This document shows, piece after piece, positions 1 to 11,211 of a stretch of 20,000 nucleotides of DNA. This DNA is from Craspedostauros australis. Its lineage: Eukaryota. Below the pieces are notes generated by a model, which saw only the letters and a program-made list of their open reading frames with translations, did not search any database and was not told the DNA's origin. The position numbers were made by a program, and so were the translations under genes. The DNA lies in the NCBI GenBank assembly GCA_030167865.1, contig JALAGF010000008.1:60766-80765 (forward strand), read 5' to 3'. Numbering within the stretch: position 1 is the stretch's first letter; each line of letters opens with the position of its first letter.

Positions 1-758
1 AGCGAGGAAACAAAGAGTATATGCCATCAGGATAGTTTCCAAATGTTACAGCTGGTATTAGGTAGAGATATGTGACGGATATCTCACGCACGATGTTTGA
101 AATAGAGGTGATAGAACAGAATCACGGTTACAATGCGAGAGATCTGCTGGACATGATGCTTCCGTGACGGTTGACGTTCAGACCTAGGATGACCACATGT
201 CCGTTAGTAATAACGAACGTTTTGAAGGACATGTGTATAATTGCGGTAAATAAATATTACTTTCTTGATTGCGTCCACGTGACAACCAAATGTCGTGCTC
301 GTCCCATCCCAACACATCAGCTTCGTCATCATCTTGTTTCTGCAACCGACAATGACATCCGCAACAACAAACTGCGTCTGCTTGTGTGTGTCGTGTATGT
401 ACGTGAAGATCTTTATTGAGGCAATAACAGTCACACAACAAGGCCTCCAGCAGCGGTCCTCGAGAAATAAACCACTGGGTGCAGTGGCAACAAGCGCGCA
501 GTCGACGTTCCTCTCGCCCATTGTGCATGATGGCACCATGATACCCGCATCAAGTACCTTCCCAAGACAAATCGGATCCGTCTCACACAATATTGTGCCG
601 TCGGTATGGGTGAGGATAGTCATGCAATACTGAAAATGCTGGAGATGAATCGAAGTCTGTGGCAAATGTGAAGCAAACATCGGGGAAGTTGGGAGTCTTG
701 CATTGAAAGTGTATTTAAGGCTATATTTACCCCTAAGTGGCAACAGCGCAACAGCTGC

Positions 759-831
759 TCCGCTATAGTGTAGGTGGTTATCATACAACGCTCTCACCGT
801 TGAGACCCGGGTTCGAGTCCCGGTAGCGGAA
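759..831 (+). tRNA. tRNA-Glu(CTC), copy 1
   Basis: Cloverleaf folds by hand: acceptor TCCGCTA/TAGCGGA plus discriminator A; anticodon stem CAACG/CGTTG with loop CT-CTC-AC; T arm CCGGG-TTCGAGT-CCCGG; D-loop GG. No encoded CCA. Followed by TTTTT at 833-837 (Pol III terminator). Confidence 0.97.
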
Positions 832-1587
832 CTTTTTGTTGCTCGGCACAACAACGCGCAGTTTTGCGCCTCTGCGTGTCGTGTCGCTTCTCTTGCATCT
901 CGACCCTTCTTTTGCTTCCACGCTGACTGTGACAACGACCTCACCAAGCGCCAAGACCAATGAATCGCTTTGTGCAAGCTTCATTGAGTGGCGCACTGGC
1001 TGGTCTGGCTAACTGCCACAATACAATTCCATACGAGGCTGACAGGGTGGATGAAGCCGTTCCCAAACCACAAGTACCCGGCAAAAGAAGAGCCTCCCGC
1101 GCGTCGTCCAAGCTTGATGCGAGGCATCGGCCAGACATGCTCATTGGTGAGTACGATTTGGAAGCAGGTCACGGCAGCTGCTGGAGGGCCATCAACTATG
1201 CTTATCCGTCTGTGGAGTTGGAGCAGCACAAGTGGGTTGAGAGCAGGTCGTGACCGAGGCGAGCCCAATGTTTGGCTATGGTATTGCCACGACGCATCAA
1301 CACTTGGACTGTGTCAAGAAATCAATACACTTTTATAAAACTACGTGATGAGAGCAGCGGAGAGCAAAACCACTCTCGATATCCTTGAAGCGTTCAGACA
1401 AATCAGTGCACCCAGGGGATCTGAAGTAGGAGAACGCAGCCGATACTGTTGCGGAAATAGGCTCCGTTGATGATGGAGGGCTGTTTTGGGCCAAGGCGGT
1501 TGAAGCCGCGATTGCTGTGGTTGAAAACGTTTATTGCAAAATATAAAAATTTGAACTCGTCCCAGGGATGGCAGCGAAAACAGCTGA

Positions 1588-1660
1588 TCCGCTATAGTGT
1601 AGGTGGTTATCATACAACGCTCTCACCGTTGAGACCCGGGTTCGAGTCCCGGTAGCGGAA
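1588..1660 (+). tRNA. tRNA-Glu(CTC), copy 2
   Basis: 73/73 identical to 759-831. Followed by TCTTTT and a further T-rich tract near 1681-1689. Confidence 0.97.
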
Positions 1661-2508
1661 TCTTTTGCTCCGTGATCATCTTTTTCTTTGAATGGCCACG
1701 CTTCTTCTCGTCGCAACAAAGGTTGCAAAAGCGACGAAATGCTAGTCACACCCATCGTCTCCTTTTGTTGGTTCTCTGCATCTTGGAATTGACAACTGTA
1801 TGCCACCAAAGTTGGTTGCACCTCACCATCTCATCGGAGGGAGTGATTCCGTTGTTGCTTGGAGATCTCGCCTGGAACGTGACGCAAGAAAGCGCATCGG
1901 ACATTTTGCAACATGCGTTGGTGCCGCTGAAACTAAGACGAGACAATGAATCATGTTGATATACATTCTCATTGCCAGTGTCGCATAATACGTCAAGCTT
2001 TTGGGACCTACGTAGAATACGAGTATGACATCGAAGTTGATGACATATCACCTCCACACAGTCCACATGTTTGCAACAGTACGGACGGTATGAACTACGA
2101 GCTGGGTTGATCTCAGCATCAAATGATGAGATGAGAAAGGCTAATCCAGTACTCTACCACCATGGTTTGGGACTGACGCACATTGACATCTTGTCTCCCG
2201 CTTCTCTGCATCCACCACACAAACTCACTCACCCAATCACCCATCCACAAAACCCCAACCCACATTGCGATCCGTATCATCGTTGTCGCCATCATTATCA
2301 TCCAACCTGATCGGCAGCCGCAGTGCATCAACAAAGTCAGAGACAGAAAGAGAGGCATTGGATCGATCATCGAATTGATCCATTGTCCAAATCGTGTCAA
2401 CGGCAGGAAAGGTCGTCGCTGGGACTTCGAATCCTACAATCGAAGAACGATACATCACAAAATAGAGCAATACCCGCTACTCAGCTACTGTCCATACTCA
2501 GCAGAATC

Positions 2509-4612
2509 ATGAGATTGCCAATCTGCAGCTTCATGCTGCTGCTGATGTCGGCAACTACTGCCACAGCCTTTGTGCTTCCGCCATCTGGATGGACATCATC
2601 TTCAACGCCAATGTCACCACAACAACGACATGATGGCAGCGCCACCCAACTCCACATGGTGTTCGATTTCTTCAAACAGCGCAGTTCCGAAGGCCTCGAG
2701 CAACTGTCCAAACTATCCGACGCCGCCGCCAAAGGCAAACTGGGCGAGGGCCTCACCGACATTGCCTCCTACACGCGCGAGACGAACGAGGCCTTCGCGG
2801 CCGGACTGGCCAAATCGCGCAACCGCTTTCTGACGAACCTCGAGAGCCTCATGACGGGCGGTTCCGACGATCCGCTCGAGGATCTGGCCGACGTGCTGTT
2901 GCAGGCCGATCTGGGCACGGCAACGGCCGACGACATCGTCGATGAAGTGCGCAGCCTGCAGGCCGATTCGACCAAGTTCTTGAGCCGCGACGATCTCATG
3001 AGCGTCATGCGCGGCAAGCTCATCGAAACATTGCAGACGCAGACGCGGTCGATCCAGTTCGCTCAGGATGACTTTCCGACGGTTTTGTTCATTTTGGGTG
3101 CCAACGGGATGGGAAAGTGAGTGGGCGTGCAGTACGAGTGGAGCATGAATGCTGTATTGTATTGTTGGTTGATGCGAATGTTGTGAATGTTGCGGAGATC
3201 AATGTCAAGCTTCTTCTCGTGAAATGGTAGAGTAGGTGGGAGAATAGGTGATCTGCGCTATTCCACATACATAATGGAGGCTTTCTGGAGTGGTGCCGAG
3301 GATGGGGAGTGTGGTGATGGCTCGCTGGGATCTCATTCTTTCGGCATTACGATTTGATCTATCTTCATCTACTCATAGCTTGTGTCGCATTGGATGCAGT
3401 GACAACATACCGACATGACAACTCACACTTTTCATTCCCAAACACGCTCGTACGACAACGATACACATCGAATGAACGCACTCCAATCCAATCAGAACGA
3501 CAACAATCGGCAAACTCTCCAACCGCCTGCGCACCGAAGGCAACCAGACCGTCCTCCTCGCTGCCTGCGATACCTTCCGTGCCGGCGCCGTCGAACAGCT
3601 GCAGCAATGGGCCGACCGCGCCGAGGTCGATCTCGTGGGACCGTCCGAATCCGTCAAATCCCCCAGCGCCGTGCTATACAACGCCCTCGAAAAGGCCGTC
3701 AATGACAACTACGACACCCTCATCGTCGACACGTCGGGGCGCCTTAGCAACAACGACGCCCTCACGGCCGAGCTCGTCAAGATGCGCCGCGTCATTGAGA
3801 AGCGTCTCAGCAAGGAACGTGACGAAGACGGCAAGCCCGTCCCCAACGAAGGCGTGCCACATGAATCGTTGCTCGTGCTAGATGCGGCGCAAGGACGCAT
3901 GGCGTTGGATTCGGCGCGTGTGTGGAATCGCGAGGTGGGATTGACAGGTTTGGTCCTCACCAAGCTGGACGGTAGCGCGCGCGGTGGCAGCGTTGTGGCG
4001 GTCAGCCGCGACTTGGGTCTGCCCGTGAAGCTCATCGGTGTGGGTGAAGGCATCGAAGATCTGCGAGATGTAAGTGAGCGGGTGTTTGCGTGACTATGTA
4101 TAGTATTGTGGTTGCCGTTGCCTTGATGCTGGAAGGTCTGATACTGCAACATCAGCAATTGTGCACCTTCTCACAATATCTCTCTTGCTCTTGTATTACG
4201 CACTCCATCACGTTGTGCTCTCCTTTCCTCTACTCTATTCCATGCTCATCACCACCGTCACACGACACTACACGACACGACACGACACGACACGACACTA
4301 CAACGCGTCTACATGCAACGATGATAGTTCGAACCCGAGGTCTTCGTTGATGGTCTGCTGGGCATCGGCGCAGCGGGTGGTAAATCCGGTTCCAAGTCGG
4401 AGGGCGCACAGCTCGCCACGCGCCTTGCCGATCTGCGTGCCGAACGTGCCAAGCGAGCACCGACCATGAAGAAGGAGAAGGAGGTCGAAGCCAATGCCAA
4501 TGCGGCGCAGGCTGCCATGGCGAGAGCCCAGATGTCCGACCAGCAGTCGTCGCAACCGCAGAAGGCAAAGAACAACAAGAAGAAACGGAAGAAGCGCAAG
4601 GCAAAGAAATAG
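2509..4612 (+). CDS. ftsY: Plastid signal recognition particle receptor cpFtsY, 3 exons (2509-3116, 3496-4069, 4328-4612; 488 aa)
   Basis: Spliced frame gives the SRP-GTPase motifs GANGMGK|TTTIGKL (G1, split by intron 1), ACDTFRAGA, DTSGR (G3), TKLDGSARGG (G4) and IGVGEGIEDLRD|FEP. N domain LLQADLG and membrane helix FAAGLAKSR. N-terminal signal peptide MRLPICSFMLLLMSATTATA-FVLP, then an S/T-rich transit peptide ending TQLHM. Confidence 0.95.
3117..3495 (+). other. Spliceosomal intron 1 of cpFtsY (379 nt, phase 2)
   Basis: GTGAGT donor and ATCAG acceptor. Removal restores AA|A (Lys) of the P-loop GMGKTTT. Confidence 0.92.
4070..4327 (+). other. Spliceosomal intron 2 of cpFtsY (258 nt, phase 0)
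   Basis: GTAAGT donor and GATAG acceptor. Removal restores EDLRD-FEPEVFVDGL, the conserved end of the FtsY G domain. Confidence 0.9.
4261..4300 (+). repeat. Pentanucleotide microsatellite (CACGA/CACTA)x8 in cpFtsY intron 2
   Basis: cacga cacta cacga cacga cacga cacga cacga cacta read directly. Confidence 0.9.
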
Positions 4613-4995
4613 AGGCGAAAGTATAATATTCTATAATACATCAGATACGCGCAAAGAGAGAGTACAATTAGTGCTATTGTTGTTGGGATTGCGAGCGAAC
4701 ACGGATGAAGCTAGTTGTCTCATTGGTGTACTTGTATCAAGCTGAGTTGTTGTGTGTTTCACGAGTCACATTATTGTCTCATTTGCGTTCTGATGGAATC
4801 CAATCAGTTGTTCCAACAGGCGTGGGTTGCGGTGCTTCAGGAGACACCGTTTCAATCATCCAGTGACAACAACGACAAGTGGACAAGAGTAGATTGGGTT
4901 GGAAATTGCAAGAAAGGATGGCTAATGTTATCCGATTATGACAAAGTTTGTTGGATTACTGTCCGACTATGATGTTGCGCAAGGTGGAAAGTAAT

Positions 4996-6400
<1,405 letters not shown>

Positions 6401-6533
6401 GATTGCTGGATTCTTTTGACGGATTTGGTTTTTGTGAGCAGAGAGGGAGTTGTCGCCTCCATCCTCGACACCACAAGAAGAAGAACGCTTGCACAAACAA
6501 ACACAAACACACAGGCACAGCAAATGCGTGCGT

Positions 6534-6795
6534 ACGTTTGTATCTTGTGGATGAAACCTACGTGCGTTCGTACGTGACATTCACTACCACAAATGCGAAC
6601 ACGTAAACGATGGGACAGAAGGACGGACGGTGAAAGATTGGCAGGTGTCGTTGATGCATTCTCATTGGTTCTCAAGCACACCATCACAGTCATGGATAGC
6701 GCAGGCAACACGAACGTCGCAGTATCTTTGCAACGAGAACACCACTGACTCAGAACCCAACGTCAGACGACAACACGTGAGAAATGTATCTCACG
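6534..6795. promoter_or_regulatory. Putative GapC1 upstream regulatory region with clustered ACGT-core/bZIP-type elements
   Basis: ACGT at 6534, 6560, 6572, 6601, 6714, 6760 (ACGTCA = TGACGT) and 6775 (CACGTG); TGACTCA at 6746-6752; CCAAT boxes (ATTGG) nearby. Function is inferred only. Confidence 0.5.
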
Positions 6796-7061
6796 CGGCG
6801 ATGTCACGCGCCAATGACGAAGGCGAAGGTGACACGCTGGCGGGAGACATGCGTTTGGCTTCAGCTCCCTATCCGTTCCTTCTGCCGGTAATTAGATGGT
6901 ATCTTTATGTTCTTTCATTATTCATGGGTGGTGTTACGTCCATCTCTTGACCTGACTCTGCTCCACATCCTCCGATGACGACAATGGCAAAGATCCATCG
7001 GCAACCGACGCACGCATCTGGCACGTCGCCATCTCCCATCCATCCAAAATGCAAACCCAAC

Positions 7062-9431
7062 CTACATCATCAACAACGATTGCAGGACGTGGACGAAGGC
7101 GGCCGTCTCTTGCGCGCCGATGGAAGGACCGAAGGTCAGCACCCGCTTGCCCGTCTGACGTTCGATGACGAGCAGCTTGGTATCGTTCCAAACATTGATG
7201 TCGTGCAACCGCAGATCAAAGACCTGCAAGGACGGGTTGCCCATCATGCGGGTCAGCAGCTTGGTGGAATGCAAGATGAGCTGCGTGGCCGTGATGCAGC
7301 CGTTGCCGGAGAAGGTGTGGAACTGGAGCAAGGGGACCTCCTGCTGCTGTGTGGGATCGATGCGCTCGGCCCATTCCCTCGTGGCGGCCACGGCGGATTC
7401 GGTGGTGCACTGCGAAGCGATCTGCAGGAGGGGCATCAGCTCGCGTTCCCTGCGCTGCGTCAGCTTGTGCATGTGGAGTCGTTGGAATTTGCGGACGAAG
7501 TCCTTGTGGTCCGAGTCGTTGGCCTGGCAGAAGGATTGGTACACGTGATCGACGGATTCCTGGCACAATTCCAGCGACTTCTTGCGTGATGCCTGGATGG
7601 GGTCGTCATTATTATCACTGGCACTACCACCGTTGCCGAAATTGTTGCTGTGGTAGGAACCCAAGGCGTGCGTCGTGCCGTGCCTCACATCGCGTTGCCG
7701 TCTTGTGTTGTTCGTCGTCGAAGAAAGCGTGGCCTGCACGACGCGGCTGGAGACGTCCTGCAAGGCCTTCATGACGTTGGGTGCCCATGGGAATGTGCTG
7801 GCATGGTACTGCGGCAGCTTGACGATTGGCGTCTGCGACGAGGCCATGTGCTCATCCTGCATCAGGAGCTGCTGCTGTGACGGCCAGTGCATCTGGTAGT
7901 TGTTGAAGGTGTACTGCAGAAACTTCATGAACGTGTCGTACTGCGCCTGCGTCGTGTGGAAGTTGCCCTCCAGCTCGTCGATCGTGTCCTGCAGTTCCAA
8001 CAGCATGTGCTGCTGCGATAATTCCGACAGCTGGAAGCAGAATTGCCGATCCAACGTGCTCTGACAGGGACGCATGCCGAATCGGCACGTCTCTTCGGCG
8101 CACAGTGTGTTGTACGTGCACTTGGCGATCTCCAGCTCCGACACGATGCGCTCCATCAACGGCACCGTGCTCTGGATGGCTGGCCAATCCAACTTGGACA
8201 GCGCCGGGGACACGACGCGACGTCGGTGCAACGTTGCGATGGGCGCCGGTGCGGATGACAGGAATGCATTCTTCTTCGTTTTGGACTTGCCGTTGCTCTC
8301 GTTGGCCTTGCGCACGCGCTCATTTTCCTCCATCACGCTCCACGATTCTGCGAAATGCGTGCGCAGGTACTCCGACGTCGCCGACTGATGCAGACCACCG
8401 CCTGGCGATGCTGCGTGCATCGGGTTGGCCGGATCGTACGCATCTCCCTTGTATTGTGTGTCCTTGCTGTTGCGCGGCGACGACGATGAGGCATTCGTGA
8501 TGCCGTCTCTGGGCAGGGATTGGATCAGCACACAGGCCTCCTGCACTTGCGTTTGAATGAGCAACGGCCCGATGTCCGACTTCTGCAGATTCGTGAGGTT
8601 GCTAGTCTCGGCGCAGTACTTGATCAATTTCGAGCTGATGTCCTCCATCTCGTCCTCCATGAACGGCACGTCGCGCATATGAAAGAATCGAATCAGCAGA
8701 TGCCGCTCCAGGATGATGGATCGGCGTGTCAGCAGCTGCGCGTGCATCACGTACGGAAACTTGATCGTGGTGCCCGCGTTGACGCCGATGGCCTGATAGA
8801 TGCAGCCCGTGTGATGCTGCAGATGAGAATGATACTGCCGCGTGTTGTGGACGGTAGAGAAGGCCTCGTGCACGGCCTGCAGGGCAGTGTTGTGATGGCA
8901 ATCGGGTCGCAGCCGGATCGTCACGACGCGGAATGGCAAGGGTTCCGTCGGCATTTGGTTCGTCGAACTTGTGAATGCAGCGGCGGTTTCCGGTTGGGCG
9001 TTCGATGGTTTGGCTGACAGCAGCGTCTCGAATCCCACCCATCGGTCCTGGTAGTGCGATGTCATGGTGAATGGATGACAGTACTCCTGTACGACGTTCG
9101 ACACGAGCTGAAGCTGCGTCGGTTGGCTCACATATTGGCATGTGGTGTCCACGGAATAGAACAATTGGGCCTTCGTCGATGCGCCGTTGCTCTTATTGCC
9201 TCCTTTATTCTTCGATGCGATGATGTGCGTCTTCAGACGAACGAATTTGCAGTGATCGTAGAGGGTGTAGGCGGGTCGCTCCTCCGCGGCAACGTTGGCT
9301 TGACCCGGTCCTTGCGCTGCCTTTCCATTTGCGGCAACCCCCGTACGAGTATTTCCCTTGCCATCCGCCGTGCCGCCCCACAGCGATCCCCATGACGATG
9401 ATGTCGATTTCTTGTGTCCCTTCGGACTCAT
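7062..9431 (-). CDS. Hypothetical protein, 789 aa, intronless; central coiled-coil-like segment and possible C-terminal PH/GRAM-like domain
   Basis: 2.4-kb uninterrupted ORF with GC-rich codon usage like the neighbouring genes. First ATG at 9431 with an in-frame stop at 9483-9485 upstream; the ORF track's 9461 start is a GTG. Confidence 0.85.
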   Translation of the reverse strand: MSPKGHKKSTSSSWGSLWGGTADGKGNTRTGVAANGKAAQGPGQANVAAEERPAYTLYDHCKFVRLKTHIIASKNKGGNKSNGASTKAQLFYSVDTTCQYVSQPTQLQLVSNVVQEYCHPFTMTSHYQDRWVGFETLLSAKPSNAQPETAAAFTSSTNQMPTEPLPFRVVTIRLRPDCHHNTALQAVHEAFSTVHNTRQYHSHLQHHTGCIYQAIGVNAGTTIKFPYVMHAQLLTRRSIILERHLLIRFFHMRDVPFMEDEMEDISSKLIKYCAETSNLTNLQKSDIGPLLIQTQVQEACVLIQSLPRDGITNASSSSPRNSKDTQYKGDAYDPANPMHAASPGGGLHQSATSEYLRTHFAESWSVMEENERVRKANESNGKSKTKKNAFLSSAPAPIATLHRRRVVSPALSKLDWPAIQSTVPLMERIVSELEIAKCTYNTLCAEETCRFGMRPCQSTLDRQFCFQLSELSQQHMLLELQDTIDELEGNFHTTQAQYDTFMKFLQYTFNNYQMHWPSQQQLLMQDEHMASSQTPIVKLPQYHASTFPWAPNVMKALQDVSSRVVQATLSSTTNNTRRQRDVRHGTTHALGSYHSNNFGNGGSASDNNDDPIQASRKKSLELCQESVDHVYQSFCQANDSDHKDFVRKFQRLHMHKLTQRRERELMPLLQIASQCTTESAVAATREWAERIDPTQQQEVPLLQFHTFSGNGCITATQLILHSTKLLTRMMGNPSLQVFDLRLHDINVWNDTKLLVIERQTGKRVLTFGPSIGAQETAAFVHVLQSLLMM

Positions 9432-9921
9432 CTTTGTTCTTTCGTTCTCTTCTGTTTGCACGACGCGTTGGGTTCTGTTTCGTCAAGCCTGATGTGAGCT
9501 GATCTGGTGATGTCTGCTGTCACTAATTTTTCTCTTGGAACAGTCGACAGTGATGATGGCTGCTAACACGATGGTGAATGCGATGATGGCTTTGATGATG
9601 GCTGTGGCTCCTCGTACTGTCGCCAATTGGAACAACAACAACAACCTCCAAACTTTGGTCTTCTGCGAAGGTCTCAGGTGGCGAGGCAGTTTCCCTCCTC
9701 TCTCTCCCTATCTCTATCCCACGAGCAGACCAAACACCAATGATGTGCGTTGCGTGTCATCCGAGCACAAGGTACAAACACGAGAACACATGAACAAGAA
9801 CGGTGACTGCCCGCACGAACACAAAGAGACATGAGGAACGACTGCCTCTTCTTGTTTGGGTCTTGTGGACGCGGTTTTTCATATCCGACGATTTAACGGT
9901 TTCTAACTGCCCTGTAAAGAT

Positions 9922-11211
9922 TCAAACAACGAGATACCCAACGTGCGGCGCGATGTAGGTAGGCAACGGTTCCTCGATCGTACCGCATCCCAGATTCTCC
10001 ATCTTCTGTACCGTCGTCACCCCCGTCATGACGAGCAAGGTCTTCATGCCCGTCACATGACCAAATCGAATATCCGTGTCGAGACGATCGCCGACGAACA
10101 GAGCACGCGAGCAGTCCAAGGCCGTCGCGGTGGAGCCCAGTAGATCGGCCAACGTCTGGCTGGGTTTCCCAACGTTAGTCGCCGTGCGCTGCGATCCATG
10201 CTCCAGCGCCTTGATGACGCAGCCGTTGCCGGGGATGTGCCGATTCGCATCTGCGACGGTGGACGACACGAGATCGAAGGAATCCTCGTTCGTGGCCACG
10301 AACAGCGCGTCGGGATGCTGCAGCAGCAGATTGACGGCGATGCTCATCTTGCGGAATGTGAAGTCGACGTCGTGTCCGATGGCCAAGGCACCCAGCGGTC
10401 GATCATCGGGTCCCAGCGATGCGAAATCGAACGACGCCAGCTGTTGGCGATCCATCGTGGCCTGCGTGTCGGGACTCACGGTCGTCACGTGGAATCCGGC
10501 ATTCTCAATCTCCTCGACGAGGCCCGCGCTGCCAATGACGTGCACCCATGGTTTGGGTTCGGCCGGTTGCAGCTGCTGCTTCAAGTACTCGGCGCATGAG
10601 TAGGAACTCGAGACCATCATGTCGTTGATCAGCGTGACGTCGTCGCCCAGAAGCTTCTGCAGCTTGTCCCGCAGCTGTCGACGATTGATGCCACCGTGGT
10701 TCGTGACGAACAACACGCTCTTGCCACTGTCCTGCAGGGATCGGATGCATCGCGCCGCATCGGGGCACGTCTCCAGCGTGCGGTACAGCACGCCATCGCA
10801 ATCGAACAGCACCGTGTCGATATCCTGCAACATGGTCGCCGCGGATGTCGCGGTCGTGCCGCTGTCCGTGAATACCGTGGGGATGGTGGTGAGGTCGGAC
10901 TTGCGGTTGCCGTAGAACAACTCCAGCTGTTGTGCGGCGTCTGTGGCTTCGACCTCCATTCGCTCCTGGACGGACGCAGCCAGTCGGTGATGAGGCTGTT
11001 GGGAGATGCTCCTTGTTGCATCCTGCGGCTGCTGCTGTTGCTGTCCACCGCGGAGGTTGAAGATCAGGGACGCTGCGGAGACACGGCGATGCAACATCCA
11101 GGGGAGAAGCGCTCGTCTTGTGGCGAATGCAGATGCCGTTGTGGACAAGGAGAGTATCGTCATGGTGCCAACGAACAGTGTCATCCAAACCGCGCTCACT
11201 GTCTTCATCAT
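9922..11211 (-). CDS. HAD-superfamily IIA phosphatase, phosphoglycolate/4-nitrophenyl phosphatase-like, probably plastid-targeted (429 aa)
   Basis: Motif I LFDCDGVLY, motif II FVTN, cap ATNED...IPGNG, motif III GKPS, motif IV VGDRLDTDI, and LVMTGVT. From ATG 11211: signal peptide MMKTVSAVWMTLFVGTMTILSLSTTASA-FAT (ASAF motif). Confidence 0.92.
   Translation of the reverse strand: MMKTVSAVWMTLFVGTMTILSLSTTASAFATRRALLPWMLHRRVSAASLIFNLRGGQQQQQPQDATRSISQQPHHRLAASVQERMEVEATDAAQQLELFYGNRKSDLTTIPTVFTDSGTTATSAATMLQDIDTVLFDCDGVLYRTLETCPDAARCIRSLQDSGKSVLFVTNHGGINRRQLRDKLQKLLGDDVTLINDMMVSSSYSCAEYLKQQLQPAEPKPWVHVIGSAGLVEEIENAGFHVTTVSPDTQATMDRQQLASFDFASLGPDDRPLGALAIGHDVDFTFRKMSIAVNLLLQHPDALFVATNEDSFDLVSSTVADANRHIPGNGCVIKALEHGSQRTATNVGKPSQTLADLLGSTATALDCSRALFVGDRLDTDIRFGHVTGMKTLLVMTGVTTVQKMENLGCGTIEEPLPTYIAPHVGYLVV

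Noticed and set aside
194..235. Inverted repeat CACATGTCC / GGACATGTG, plus a 7-bp one at 65-85
   Set aside because: Short stems expected by chance in 20 kb; no ncRNA or MITE hallmarks.
204..977. 257-aa minus-strand ORF
   Set aside because: Runs through the tRNA-Glu gene, has a non-ATG start and no recognisable motif or coding-like composition.
2323..2508. ORF-track N-terminal extension of cpFtsY
   Set aside because: Non-ATG start; ATG 2509 directly begins a clear signal peptide.
9535..9834. Met-rich 99-aa ORF
   Set aside because: Arises from (GAT)n/GGCT low-complexity sequence upstream of the minus-strand 789-aa gene.
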